DNA of 63,657 bases, counting the filler, from Dimorphilus gyrociliatus (Eukaryota; Animalia; Annelida), in NCBI GenBank assembly GCA_904063045.1. It is 5 parts of 5 records of this genome, joined end to end, with 100 filler letters (N's around TTAATTAATTAA, not from the genome) between each part and the next. Parts side by side here need not be neighbours in the genome. Positions count along the whole stretch, not along the records: positions 1 to 20,693 come from CAJFCJ010000188.1; positions 20,794 to 38,455 come from CAJFCJ010000076.1; 3 more parts are not named here. The stretch is one strand, 5' to 3'. The translations under genes and the position numbers were made by a program. Below are positions 11,533-23,842 of the stretch, piece after piece. The notes under the pieces were generated by a model. That model saw only the letters and a list, made by a program, of their open reading frames with translations, was not told the DNA's origin and ran no database searches. Position 1 is the first letter of the stretch; each line of letters begins with the position of its first letter.

Positions 11533-14178
11533 TTAATCGTTAGTCTTAAAAGGATGGAAATAAAATCTATCAAATGATTCGGAATTTTTCACTGGTATTT
11601 GCAAACCTCCTGAACTCGATTTATACCGTTTTAACAGGGAATTAACCGTTTCCATAATATAGGATAATGATTCCTTATGTGCATACGTTTCCATAGCAAT
11701 AACAAAGCATCTGATAAACGGCGAACCTCTTACTGGATTTCGATATGATCCATATTCTAATAGAGAAATTGCTATTAAAAAACGATTAAAATAAAGAGAG
11801 GATTTACTGACTTAGTACTGTGGAGAATGCCATATAAATATCTGCCTTGGGATGAACGTATCTTTCCCCAGTTGTTGCATAATTATCTGTAACAGCATCC
11901 AACTTGTCAACCTGAAGATTTGAAGTATCTTTTGGGTGAAATTCTTGATCTGAAAGATGTATTTAGTGTTGTTAAACTATCTCTTTTAATAGGGAAAGGA
12001 AATATTCTTTATTAATAAAAACCTCCTCTACAACAGTTGAAGAAGAATATCTTTGGTTTATGAATAAGAGAGGGACAATTCTTTCCGTCAAATTCTTCGA
12101 CAAACCTATCATAAAGTATGTATTCTTCATTTTCTAGAAAGAAATGATGTTCATTCCCATGAGTCATAATAAAAAAGATTAAACATCCATAATTGTCTAA
12201 AGTATTTCGAAGTTTTATAACATTTTCTTGGAATTGTTGTGTAGTTAAACAATGTTTCCAAACTTCATAATCGTAGTTAAGAATTTTAAATATTCCAATT
12301 AAATTTCTCACATCCATCTCACTTCCTGCTCTATTCTTTATTGTGTTAAAGATAACTACCTTAGTCTTCTTTAGTCTTGTGTCGTAGGCAGTCTAAAAAA
12401 TTGAATATAATATAGAAAATGTATGACACTACTCAAAACAATACGTGATCTCTCACCTTATCAGTTAGAACTTCAATAGTGTTGAGAGTTGTATCGGTTT
12501 TCACCGTAAATTCAATTTCTGCTCTTTTTTCTGTGATATTAAAAAGAGTGTTGAAAAAAGTTTTTTTTGAATATGAAATATAAATGAATTTACTATAATA
12601 TTCATATAGAGTATAAGGATCTTTTGGCAGTTTGTTTATGCCAACATCTTCCATTGATTTCTTCAATGACCAATACACTTTATCATCCAGATTTTTAATG
12701 TATTCAACAATTGAAGATTGGCTATTCTTTTGAAATAATAAATCTTTCAACAAATCGAAACGTATCGGGGTGTTCTCATCGTTCGGGCCAGTCTTTAAAT
12801 TGGCGTTTGTTACAATGTATTGTGCGCAGATAAACCTTTCAAATTCACTGGAAACGTAACTTAAATAATTTCCCATTCCTAAGGAATTGTTGATGTGAAA
12901 GCTATCTATACCGTCGCTGCAATTGTCCAGATCACTCGTCAAAAGACCATACATGTAATTGGAATTTTTAATTATTTCTGTTGTTTCTATAGGCCTTCCA
13001 AATATTAATTTGTTTATAGTCTGTATTGAGCAATTGTCTATAACACTGTGATGAAAGTTTCCACTGCATTGAACATTTGCCTTGTCCCTGAGAATGTCTA
13101 TTGCTTGCCAGAAGACGTTTTTAATTGAAAATCTGCCTTGTTCGCTTAGATAGCAGATAAGATTACATAACAAAGGACTTGTACAGAGATTAAATAAATG
13201 TCCATTCTTTATTTCATTGTAAAGTTGACAACTCTTTGCCGGAGTGTCGTTGTTTGTCTCTCGAAAGTATTTTTGAAAGAATAAATTAACATTTTCACTT
13301 GAGAATCCTTTAATTTTAAAGATTTTATCAAATATCTCCATAATCCTTTTTCCAGAACTATTTCTCGACCAAACCATAATTGGAAATTTATCTGATAAAG
13401 TTTGAATTATGTCATTAAATATTTTATAATTATCTTCCTGTAAACAATTTAATTCATCAATTAATAAGATGATTTTACGGCGTACGTAAAAGCATTCATT
13501 CGATAGAAAATACTTAAAAAGATCTCTAGTAATCCAAGTTCCTTCTCCAAAATTTTGATTATAGATATTATCCATAATATCTTCACTACTTTTATCAATT
13601 TCTTCAATATTAATCTTTAAAAGTACAAAATCATCCTGAAATATTTGTTCTTCAACACACCATGAATATTGCATTTTGAACGAATGATAAGTTTTCCCGA
13701 ATCCCGCTTCTCCTAAAAATAGGAACTTTTCCCTATCGTATTTAATTTCATTAATGAATTCCATATCGTTATCATTATATATATTATCAGGATTTTGGAG
13801 AGATACTACTCTCAAAGGTGTATAAATATTTTCAAATTTGATGAGATCACTATTTTTTAAAAATTGATGTTTTAAAACGATTTCCAATTTCTTTCTTACT
13901 TCATTTTTAGTTTCAACAATAAATTCAAAATATAAGGTAAAGATTTTCTGATTTATGTTTCTGGAATAATAGTCATGAGAGTGAATCATCACCATAAAAA
14001 ATTTGTTTATGGGAAGAGAAAGAGTAATATCCAATATTCGATCATTGTTACCCTCGATATCTTTCAAGTTAGCCATACCATCTTCCATTAAATGGATTCT
14101 GATAAAATCTCCAGAATGCTCTATGATTTTTTTTATTTGATCTTTAAAGAAAACTAACACTGGATTTTTCTTTGACAT
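11533..14178 (-). CDS. NACHT (NLR-type STAND ATPase) fused to a C-terminal caspase (p20+p10)
   Basis: Exon 14178-12457: Walker A FLFLGEAGFGKT, Walker B ILLIDEL, LCTSPLLCNLIC. Phase-0 intron 12456-12393 (AAG|GTGAGA...TTTTTTAG|ACT) joins in frame to RAGSEMD, FIMTHG (His) and PKIFFFNCCRG|D (Cys). p10 has PKADIYMAFSTV, RNPVRGSPFI and QIP...RFYF. Stop at 11533-11535. Confidence 0.85.
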
Positions 14179-14448
14179 TGAAATGAATTTCTGGGATAAT
14201 GTTATTTTCAACACTCAGCTTTCTCACCTGCTACAAAAACCATGCTTACAACCATCTCAAAGCATATTTAACCCAACTTTAGAAGTGTTTATAACCACCC
14301 TCTCATTCTATTGTAAGATTAGCTCTAAATTTAGCCTATTTAATTCAGTTCATTTCTGTATTTAACAATTTTCAATGAGTAGTTACATTTAGATGATAAA
14401 TTCAAACTAGTTTTACTAGGTTAGTGCTACATTAAAATAGTAAAATTG

Positions 14449-14655
14449 GGGGCCGACAGAAAACGTCCCCAAATGAGATTTTTGAAAGCAACATTTCGGA
14501 TTGAAAAATGGTTAGGAGGGGTAAAGTAGCTTTTGATTTATAGTTAGGGGGGTTCCATCTAAGGGTTAGGAGCAATCAAAAAGGTTAAGGAGAGACAAGG
14601 GCTAGGTTAGGGTTAGGGTTAAATCATGAATTTGGGGACGTTTTCTGTCGTATCC
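14449..14655 (-). mobile_element. 207-bp Mutator-type MITE, subfamily B
   Basis: TIRs GGGGCCGACAGAAAACGTCC / GGACGTTTTCTGTCGTATCC. Perfect 9-bp TSD GTAAAATTG. Internal TTAGGGTTAGGGTTA. Confidence 0.9.
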
Positions 14656-15390
14656 GTAAAATTGCCATCTTCTTCAGTCTTTCTTCAGTATGAAGAACAT
14701 TGAAGAGTTCTCAGAAATGGATATTGAGTGGGTTTAAAACCAGTTCATGAAAGTAGGCCCACTTCCTATTTAGTAAATTTATGTTGTAACATATTTTCAT
14801 CATTAATTCAAATTTAAAACTCCCAGTGTTGTATTTTTAATTATTTTTCACCGGTTTTGTCAATAATATAGTGTATTTCTTAGATATATTCAGTCAATTT
14901 ATTGATCTTTTCTCTCTGCTTGTTCGTGTTATTTGTCTGTTTGTCTGTTTGTCTGCTTGTCTGCTTATCTGTCTGCTAACTAATTCGTTTGAAGTGAAGT
15001 TTAAAAAAATTTGTGTCTTTGTAATTATCCATCTTCAGTTATAGAATAAAAGTTCCACTAAGCCTATATCATTCTTGCAAAAATGAACAATAATACTAGT
15101 GCTGACCTCTTTTGGCTTCCTTCCGACTTATAAAATATACATTTTGATGTTTCTAATATTAAGTTGAATTATTAGAATATTATTTATTGATGAGACTCAA
15201 CTTTATCAACAAAGGACAAGTTTGAACATCTTGCAAATTCAAAATGGATGGTGTGAACAATTAGTGATAATATATATATATATATATATAACATAGAGAA
15301 TATATAACAAAAGTGTGTCACGTGTCCAAAGGTATCAAGTCCAAGGACAAATATAAATATCTATTGGCTTATTTAGCTCAATTTGAATTC

Positions 15391-18300
15391 TTAAAAAGAA
15401 CTTTGAAAAAGTTGGCAGGTTATGTAATCATTTAAATCTACTTCAGTATTAAATATAAACTTAGATATAACATTTTCAAAATGAACATACTTTTTCTTTT
15501 TACAATGAAGGGTGAGATATGTTTTTATCTCTATGAAAGTAGATGAACATTCTTCATCTAAAATATGCCCGTCATCATTTTGGATAGTTTCCCTAACTAA
15601 ATCCATTAATAACGTTTCATTCATATTCATTCCATCCATTCTTAGGATTAGTGGATTAATCATGTTAATCTTTAAAATTTCTTCATCTTCCACTGTAAAT
15701 TCTAAGAAGGACGATTTTGATCTAATTGGGATAAAAGCGTAGAAATATTTGTCAAACACGCTACAGATAGTTGAAAAATGACTTTGGGAATTGTTTAAGA
15801 TGGTTGTGCTTCTTCTACCTGAAAAGAAAAACTAGTTTGAAAGAAAGAAAGAGGGACAAGAAGGAAAAATATCTTTACCTCTATTATTGAATTTAAAAGA
15901 ATTTTTAGCATTAGGCCAGTAATTTTTTATTAAAATTTGTGTAATATTAACCGGAAGTGGTAATGTTGAATCAATTACACCCAATGTTTTTATATTGCCA
16001 ACTTTGTCAGATGAACTAAACGTCAATTGAGTTGATGTCAACTCCAACGAAAAATAACTCCATTCCAAGCATTTAATCATTGATAGAGACTCGCTAAATT
16101 CAATATTTTTATATTCAGGTTTTAATAATTCTAAAACTGATTGATTGAATGAGTCGTGTCTCACTGAGCAAAAGATGTCATTTTCATCTTTAAAACTAAT
16201 TAGAAGGGAAGCGGAACAAGAGCCTGTTTGTTCACTTTTTACTTGATATCTATAACTTGTAAATTTATCAATTTCTTTATAGTGGAATTGATAATAAATG
16301 ACGTAATTTGTGGATTGGATGCTAAAGATTTTTTCCTTATCCTCTTCTGAAGAAGTATAAAAGATAATAAATAGATTTATTGACAATTTTAACTTACTTA
16401 AAGTAAAAACATCAATGAAACTAATACCAATATAAATTCCTCCATAGATTTCCGATATTTCCAGTTGAACTGAATGTTCTACAAAATTATTTGTATAAGT
16501 CTTACAAATTCTTTCAGAGTTTTCCAATAGATGAATTTGTTGCTGAGGGGCAAAGCTCCATTTGACTCTGACAGTTTTTATATAGTTGACAGAGAATAAT
16601 CTGTAATTTAAAAGAAAAAAGAAATAGAACAATTCTCTTCCCCCTACTTCTACTCTTCCATATTCTCTTCCCTTACCTGTTAGTGATGCAAATCTTTATA
16701 GGTCGCGATGGATACGCAAATGTAACATTTATAAATTTCCCTATACAATCAGTAGAACAAGTTGGTTTCCAACTCTTAAGCATCTCACTCTTCAAAGCAT
16801 CTTTACATGGAGAAGAACTGCCAGACGAGGCTGAACATGTCGCTCCTAAATTATATGAAGCAATATTCTCGTAAATGGAATCGTCAGTTGTTGCATCATC
16901 TGCAAAATCAGAAGAAAAATAAAAGTTAAAAAAAACTGTCTACTTTATATAATTGCGAATTTTTACCATCATAGGCAAATACTAAAATTGAGTTAAATCC
17001 CATTTGGAAGTACATATTAGGAGTTATCTTTGGTTGTAGATGAATATGATCAACAGATGTACCTTGACCATCTTCCATCAAAAAGCAGGTTTCATAAAAA
17101 TTCAAATGATATTCAAAACTTTCACCTTTTCCAAAACTTATATTTATTATTTCTACTTTGTTAGAATTAGCATAAAATCCTTGATTTAGGCAAAAATATA
17201 AAATGTTATAGCCCTTTTTAAAATTAACTTGAATCCATTCAAAAGGGCATGATCCGAGACTGCAATCTGCTGACCAATCATTCATAGTTACAAAGTTTGA
17301 TTTTATTGCATTTTCACAGTGATAACTTAGAGTGTCTACATCGGCTTGATGAGAAGATTCTTGGCAACTTGCCTGGTGTTTTTCATCCGCAATATTTATT
17401 AATTTATGGGAATCTGTTTTTAAAAAAAGTTTAATTACGCTAATGGAATTAAATTGATGTATTAATTAAATAGTTAATTTTATTACTTGATAAGAATCCA
17501 ATTGTATAAGATATTTCAAAGAAATATAGATATTGTAAGAACAAGAATAACTGAAGTAGCTTTATCATTTGGTCTCTTCTCGTACTTCTTCAACTGACTC
17601 TGAAATGAAATTGTTGGAAAATGTTAGAATATCAATAACATTTTTTTCTCTTTTGTTTAACAGCAACACCAGAGAGAGTTGTTTTACCTTTCTCCGATGC
17701 GGCGGAAAATATCTACAAATCAATGTATATGAATTTGTCATTCACATTTCGCAGTTTGATACAGCGACACAACTCAAAGTTCCTTCCAGGCTGCACAGGT
17801 CATGGCTACATTTCATGTTGTTTGTATTAGCAAATGCACTTGAAAAGACTTCAGAATCAAATCGAGTAAATGCACCTTTATCCAAGAATCACTCCAATTC
17901 CTTAGGTACAGAATAAGAAGTAAATGGAGTTGCTACAGATCCAGAAATAATTGTTCGAATCATAGAAGGAAATAAACTTATATTTACCAACACATTACTG
18001 AGTATTGCTACTTTAATAAGCAGTTTGATCTACTTTGGTTTGTGAGGTGATTAAAGCCCCTGATCTTGGTATGATAAGGACATATCGGATGTGACAGATA
18101 ACTTCTGCATATCCATGTTTTTCGCTAAACTTAACCTAACCGTTGCCTACCAAAGTCATTCTTGGATAAAGAATATTTGCATCACATATATAAATAAGTC
18201 AAAGGAGAAACAAGATTTATAACAAACACGATTAATCTTTTATAGCAGTTGTATGTATCTTATCTCTGTCAGTATAACTGTATAAAAGTATTGACACAAG

Positions 18301-18891
18301 CCTATATGACTTTTATCACAGCTATTAATAAATTCAAAATTATTTAATATCAAAGAATTCATTGTGCAAACTCTTGCAATTCAGTTTGCTTTGATCATTA
18401 GTTTGAACTTTGCCAAAATATAAATAAATATGTAGAGATATAGTAATAGTTTTGAATTAAAATGTTGTCTTTTTTATGTTAATGTTGAACTAAAAACACT
18501 ATAATTTTTTGAAATAATGAAATATTTGAATGAAAATTGTTGTTGTATTATTAAAGAAATTCTTTAAACTATTTTATACCAACCACAATTTTCAATTGGA
18601 TCATAATGATCGTAAGTTGCAGAGGTTACAAACAAATTAGGATGTGTATGCCTTGATACATCATTGAAATAACAAGTATTTGATGAGTTGCTATAATCTA
18701 TTGACCTTGAATAAGAAAAATTGTTTAACTTTATCAGCAATTGAATTGTCAGAGTATGGAAAAGGGGACAATGATACAAACTTGCATAGTTCATTTTCAG
18801 AACAGTATGCTTTACAATCCTCCACACTTGATACACCATGAAGATAATTGCCAAATTGAGGTATTTCAATTGATCTACCATTTATAAACAT
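15391..18891 (-). pseudogene. Modular extracellular protein gene (PAN/apple-like, EGF-like, F5/8-C/discoidin-like, Methyltransf_FA-like), with disruptions
   Basis: VSSVEDCKAYCSENELCKFV (PAN-like, 18691-18891). CSLEGTLSCVAVSNC (EGF-like, frame broken near 17750). WSADCSLGSCPFEWIQVNF (F5/8-C-like, 16926-17285). Beta-rich 15832-16632 with FSLELTSTQLTFSS. Exon joins are not resolved. Confidence 0.4.
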
Positions 18892-20693
18892 ACCAGGAAA
18901 AAAGTCATAACAATCTTCTAAATATTTGTATATTTGAAAGAAAAGAAAAATATAGAAAATTCTACTAATAATTCGAAGTTTAAAAACAATGAAAAATCAT
19001 GGACAAACCTGACCAAGATGTTGAGAATGAATGAAAAAATGTAACTATTACAATGATTTGAGGAGGAATAATTGCTTTAGACATTTTCTCTCTCCTGAAA
19101 AAAATCTGAAAGTGTAAATTTATTAAAACAATTTAAAATCAACAAGACTTTTATACCTAATTTTATATGTCTATTAATATTAAAATCAAGAAATAGTCAT
19201 TTTCATATCAAACTGTAAACTATACATTTCTATTGGTCTATTGTGTCAATTTTTAAAAACCTTAAATTATTAATAAACAGCAAATTAGCTATTATCATTT
19301 TAGGGAGAAAATATAATGACTTTTATTGAAGCAAATAAGATTTCTATCTAGTTGCTTTCCTTTCATGAAAATTTACTGTTGAAAGGATTATCCTAGCAAT
19401 AAACAAATTATATATAATGGCTAATTTTGTCTTATGTATAGTATTGGACAAGTAACAGTTATACTACTAAAAGAATATTATACAGCTCTTTTTGGAAGAT
19501 TGATGATACCTTAGGGTTTAAACCGTACCGTATTCCTCAAGTGGAGAATTGATTTTTCAAAAAACTCTTCATTTTACTTTAGTTTCTCTTGGTTTGTTGT
19601 TGAATGGTTTATTATTAATTTTATATTTTAGATTAAAGAATGTTCCAGATACAATTGTAATTTTTATTACTGGTTATTCCTATCAATGTGTGGATATTTC
19701 TCTCTTTACACTAAAGATTTAGATTTTCTTAAAATTGCAACATATTTCAAATCGTTAATGGTTTTGCAGACTATTTTTAATCATATTTCATCAATTTTCA
19801 GAAATTCAAGGCTAAAATCATCATTGATAAGCTTTAAGAAAGAGTCTTTTTAGAAGTGAGATTATTTGTTGTAAAGTTTTTTCAACACAATTTTAGAGTT
19901 TTAACTATTTATATAAAATTTTAAACTCTCTTGACTCTTAGATTAATTAGCCAATTGTTTTTTAAATTCTTCTCTATTATCACTTTTCATGAAAGCTGGT
20001 AGAAATCTATTCAAGTATTAAGAGTTTGTTAATACAATTGCTAAACAAGTTATTTTCAATGAACTCTTAAATATGCAATTAACTCTACTAAGAGTCTTTT
20101 TCTTGCTAGCTAAAGAAATAAAACCAGTTCTACAACTCTATTGTATAAATTATGAAGAAGATATTTCTGTTATTAGCTGCTTTGAATACTACAGCAAATG
20201 AGTTACATTTTATGCAAATACAATAAGTCTCATTTAAGAGACAATTGCCTTATACATGGAAAACAAATTATAACTAAATACTAAAACGAATCAATCTTGT
20301 TGCATACAAACATCTCCGATAGAGGTCGCCATTCTATACACTAAAATATTTAAATACAGCTTTAGATTTTAACCACTGTAAACCATTTCAAAAAGACTTT
20401 TAACCCAAATTTGGTGGTGCTTTTCATAAATATTGAATTGAATGTTTAAAAATCTATCTCCAAGCTAGGAAATTCTAAACTTATGATAAAACAGGATTAT
20501 GAATAGCATTTAGAAATGTTCAATTTATTAAATAAACTCTTTAACATTGAAAAAAATATGTAAAGATTGGTAAAGAACTTTAAAATCATTGAAAATTGGC
20601 ATTGAAATGGATTCATAGCTCTTTGAGAAGTACCATATATCTTGAATATCCTCAGTTTTAATGTTGTAGATAGGTAGATAGACATCAGTTCAT

Positions 20694-20793
20694 NNNNNNN
20701 NNNNNNNNNNNNNNNNNNNNNNNNNNNNNNNNNNNNNTTAATTAATTAANNNNNNNNNNNNNNNNNNNNNNNNNNNNNNNNNNNNNNNNNNNN
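20694..20793. other. Artificial contig spacer N44-TTAATTAATTAA-N44
   Basis: Identical 100-nt spacer occurs four times and carries stops in all six frames. Confidence 0.98.
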
Positions 20794-20798
20794 AACAT

Positions 20799-20865
20799 TG
20801 GCCAAACATAAGTCTGATTAGTCAGCTTGAAGGCTCATCTTTAATTACCAATAAAGGTTTGGCCA
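20799..20865 (+). repeat. 67-bp mini-element with TGGCCAAAC terminal inverted repeats
   Basis: TGGCCAAAC...GTTTGGCCA. A close inverted copy lies at 35239-35305. Confidence 0.6.
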
Positions 20866-20984
20866 AGTTATAATTTAATTAACTTGCCTAGGGTGTGGCC
20901 AAGTTATAATTCAATTAACCTTCCTAAATGTTCAACCTTGTAACATCCTCTTACTAAACATAAATATGAACTACACATTTCGGC

Positions 20985-21230
20985 AACTGTAAAGTGATGA
21001 TTGGATGTCAGAGGCAAACCTCAAAGTATATAAATCCTCACTATTCTCATTTGGCATGCAGCTTCCATCTGGACCCAAGGACCTGGGAAAATTATCTGGA
21101 AACAACCTCCACTGTAACCATCCATCTACTCCTCAACATTAGAAGACAGTTTGGTAATTTGGCAACCTGCTTTTACAAACTATCTACTCTGCTATCAAAC
21201 TCTCATATTGTTACTTGCTTAAGTATTATT
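20985..21230 (+). repeat. Dispersed repeat, probably a decayed non-LTR retrotransposon (RT C-terminal part)
   Basis: Related copies at about 36490-36610 and 47950-48180. Frames give WMSEANLK, KDLG and YSSTLEDSLVIWQP, resembling the LINE LEY..vW.P motif. Confidence 0.4.
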
Positions 21231-21989
21231 ATTGCGAATAAACCGTTTTAATTTAAACATTTGTTTAAAGGTTCAAGTAGAACCAGTATTGTTATAACTT
21301 GCAAATGCATAGATTTTGCCAGCAAGAACAGCACAACAATAAAACTATTTATTACATTGAATATTGTTCCATGAACTTGAATATACTAATTAGCAATCAT
21401 TTTTATACTCAATTATTCATCACTATTGTCAAAGGATGTTAATTCTTTTGAAAATGAAATAGACATAGGCCTATTCTTTCAATTAGTTCTATACTAAGAA
21501 CAATTTGTGTCAACTTCATTAATATTTCGGAAAAGATACATCTATTTAAATACTTTTGGAAATTTATCATCTCATTTCGTCAGAGGAGGAAACTATTGAA
21601 ATTTGGTTTGTATATCTCCTGTCATGTGATTAAATAGAGCGTTTTTTGCATAGCTCAAGATTTTAACCTAACTTAATCCTAGGTTTCTCTTGTACGACAA
21701 CAAGTGATATGCACTCAATGAGAGTTTCATCTGAGGGTTAGGGGGTCATGAAAAAGGTCAGGCAGGGTTCGGGTAAAACAAAACTGAGTTGAATAAATAG
21801 TTACTGTTACATTTAGACTAAAAGATAGTGAAAATTTTGTCTATACATCAAAAAATTGTTGATCTATACTAATCAAGTACAGTATGTTGTTCAAATTCAA
21901 CTGTACCTTTATTATCAGTCATCAACATGATTACATGGAATGGTATGGTTCCACTGACAAGGACTGGAAAGCAAAATACATCCAATATT

Positions 21990-23570
21990 TTGTTAATTAT
22001 TTTTTCAACATTTGATACCTTATTGTACATTGAGACACAATGGATAAATGGATTTTATAAACCAGAGGTACGGTCTGTATATAGTGAGGCTATAAGGACA
22101 AATAATGATCTTGAAGGCTGGCATCACAGGCTTAACAAGAATCTTTGCTCTAACACTGCATTCTATTTGCTTTTAGATGAACTGAAAAGAGAAGCTGATC
22201 TGATAAAGCTATATAAAAAATTACTGAGTGAAAAGAAAATTTGTTGACAGCAAAGAAAAGCATATCAGAATATTCAGAGCAAAATATTCAGCTTATGGGA
22301 ACAATTTGAAATTGCCTCAATTACCTCCCTGGACTTACTTGATAAAGCTTCTGACATTTATTCACCAGTTTAAAATACCTTTATTCTTTAATGTTGTTAC
22401 ACTGTTGTCAATCATTCTTAGACGTTTTCTCCAAACAGTGGACGTTTTCTCCAGTGGACGTTTTCTCCTGTACCCAAAAATATAGTGTTTTTCATGAAAA
22501 TAAGACATATATTTTACCTTGAGTATGGCTTTATAAGATTTTTTCTTTCTATGACTCATAAAAACATAAACTAATGTAACCTGCTTTAAATTTCCATTCT
22601 TTTTTATGAATGCATGGATTGTGAAAAGCTATTGAAATGGTTCAGAAATCACTTTGAAGGTTCCATCCATGAACAATATTTTAGCCTGCTTCAACAGATC
22701 AATTTGATGATTATCACCAAAAATGATATATCCTGCATCAGCCTTTATAATGTCCTTGATTAAAAAGTCATCAGGAATAACTTGTTCATCAGTCATTCTT
22801 TTAATTTCCTGCAGACAAAAAGCAAGCACAGAAAATGACTTATGCAATAATTTTTATAGACAAATTATACCTTTAATACATATTTGTAAGCTCTTGACTT
22901 TGCTGATGATATAAACACAAACATAAGTGGTACTTGTTTCACTTCACCATGTTTTTAATGAATGAATGTATTGAAAATAGTTGGTAAAAAGGCTGTTAAC
23001 TTTCAAAGTGCCATCCATATCCCATACCTTGCTCTTTGCTAACAATTCCAATTGCTTCATTGATGCAAACATTACTATTCTTTCCTTTTCATTATAGAAA
23101 TCTCTTTGAAGGAAACCATCTGGTATAAATGCTATATTTAGATCAAAATTTAATGCATGTGGTTCAATTGGGTGAATCTTTTGTCTTATCAAATTCGCTA
23201 GGTGCTGTAAATTTTCCAGTTTAGGAAGTCATTCAACTGCTTTGCTGTAATCAAGCAGTTCACTTTTGACAATAACTTTTCCTGATGACTTTAAATCAGT
23301 TAAACATATTTCTCTCAAGTCTGTTCTTGTTTTGATTTTCATTGATAGGCTATTTTGTTTTTCATGACAATGTTTCAGTGTGCTTTCAATAAATGTTGAA
23401 CCTTGTTGTTTAAATATAGCAGGACATATTTTCTTTTTATTGCAAAAGCTGCATCTCAGGACAGGTATAGCTGTCTTTCATAAACTTTACATTAAATACA
23501 AATCCATTATAGAGTCGAATGTCTTTTCCTTTCTTGCTTCCACCTCTTATAATTTCAAATGAGTGATTGT
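21990..23570. mobile_element. Cluster of MULE (FLYWCH-Mutator) transposase relics with one terminus at 22456-22475
   Basis: Plus strand RTNNDLEGWHHRLN. Minus strand WDMDGTLK and LFMDGTFK. Terminus GGACGTTTTCTCCTGTACCC preceded by two more GACGTTTTCTCC motifs. Confidence 0.8.
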
Positions 23571-23842
23571 AATTGTTGTTATCATCAAGGGGGTCATGTG
23601 AGAGCTATTTCAAGGAGAACACTTTAGATTATGGAGATAAAATATGACAAATAAATATAAAAAAAAATCAGTGCCATCCAGTGCTTAACAATGTCACTTT
23701 TTAAAGAGTTGTTTTTTGGTAAGGTTTATAGCAGCAAGGTATGTTAATCATTCATATGAAATGGTGACCATTACATATTTTTGAGAATGTGAAATAAAAT
23801 TAAATGTGATGTGTTAGAAGTTTCAAATTTGTCATTTCCTTT

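Noticed and set aside
20738-20749. TTAATTAATTAA palindrome recurring four times
   Set aside because: It is always centred in 44+44 Ns and is a synthetic six-frame-stop linker.
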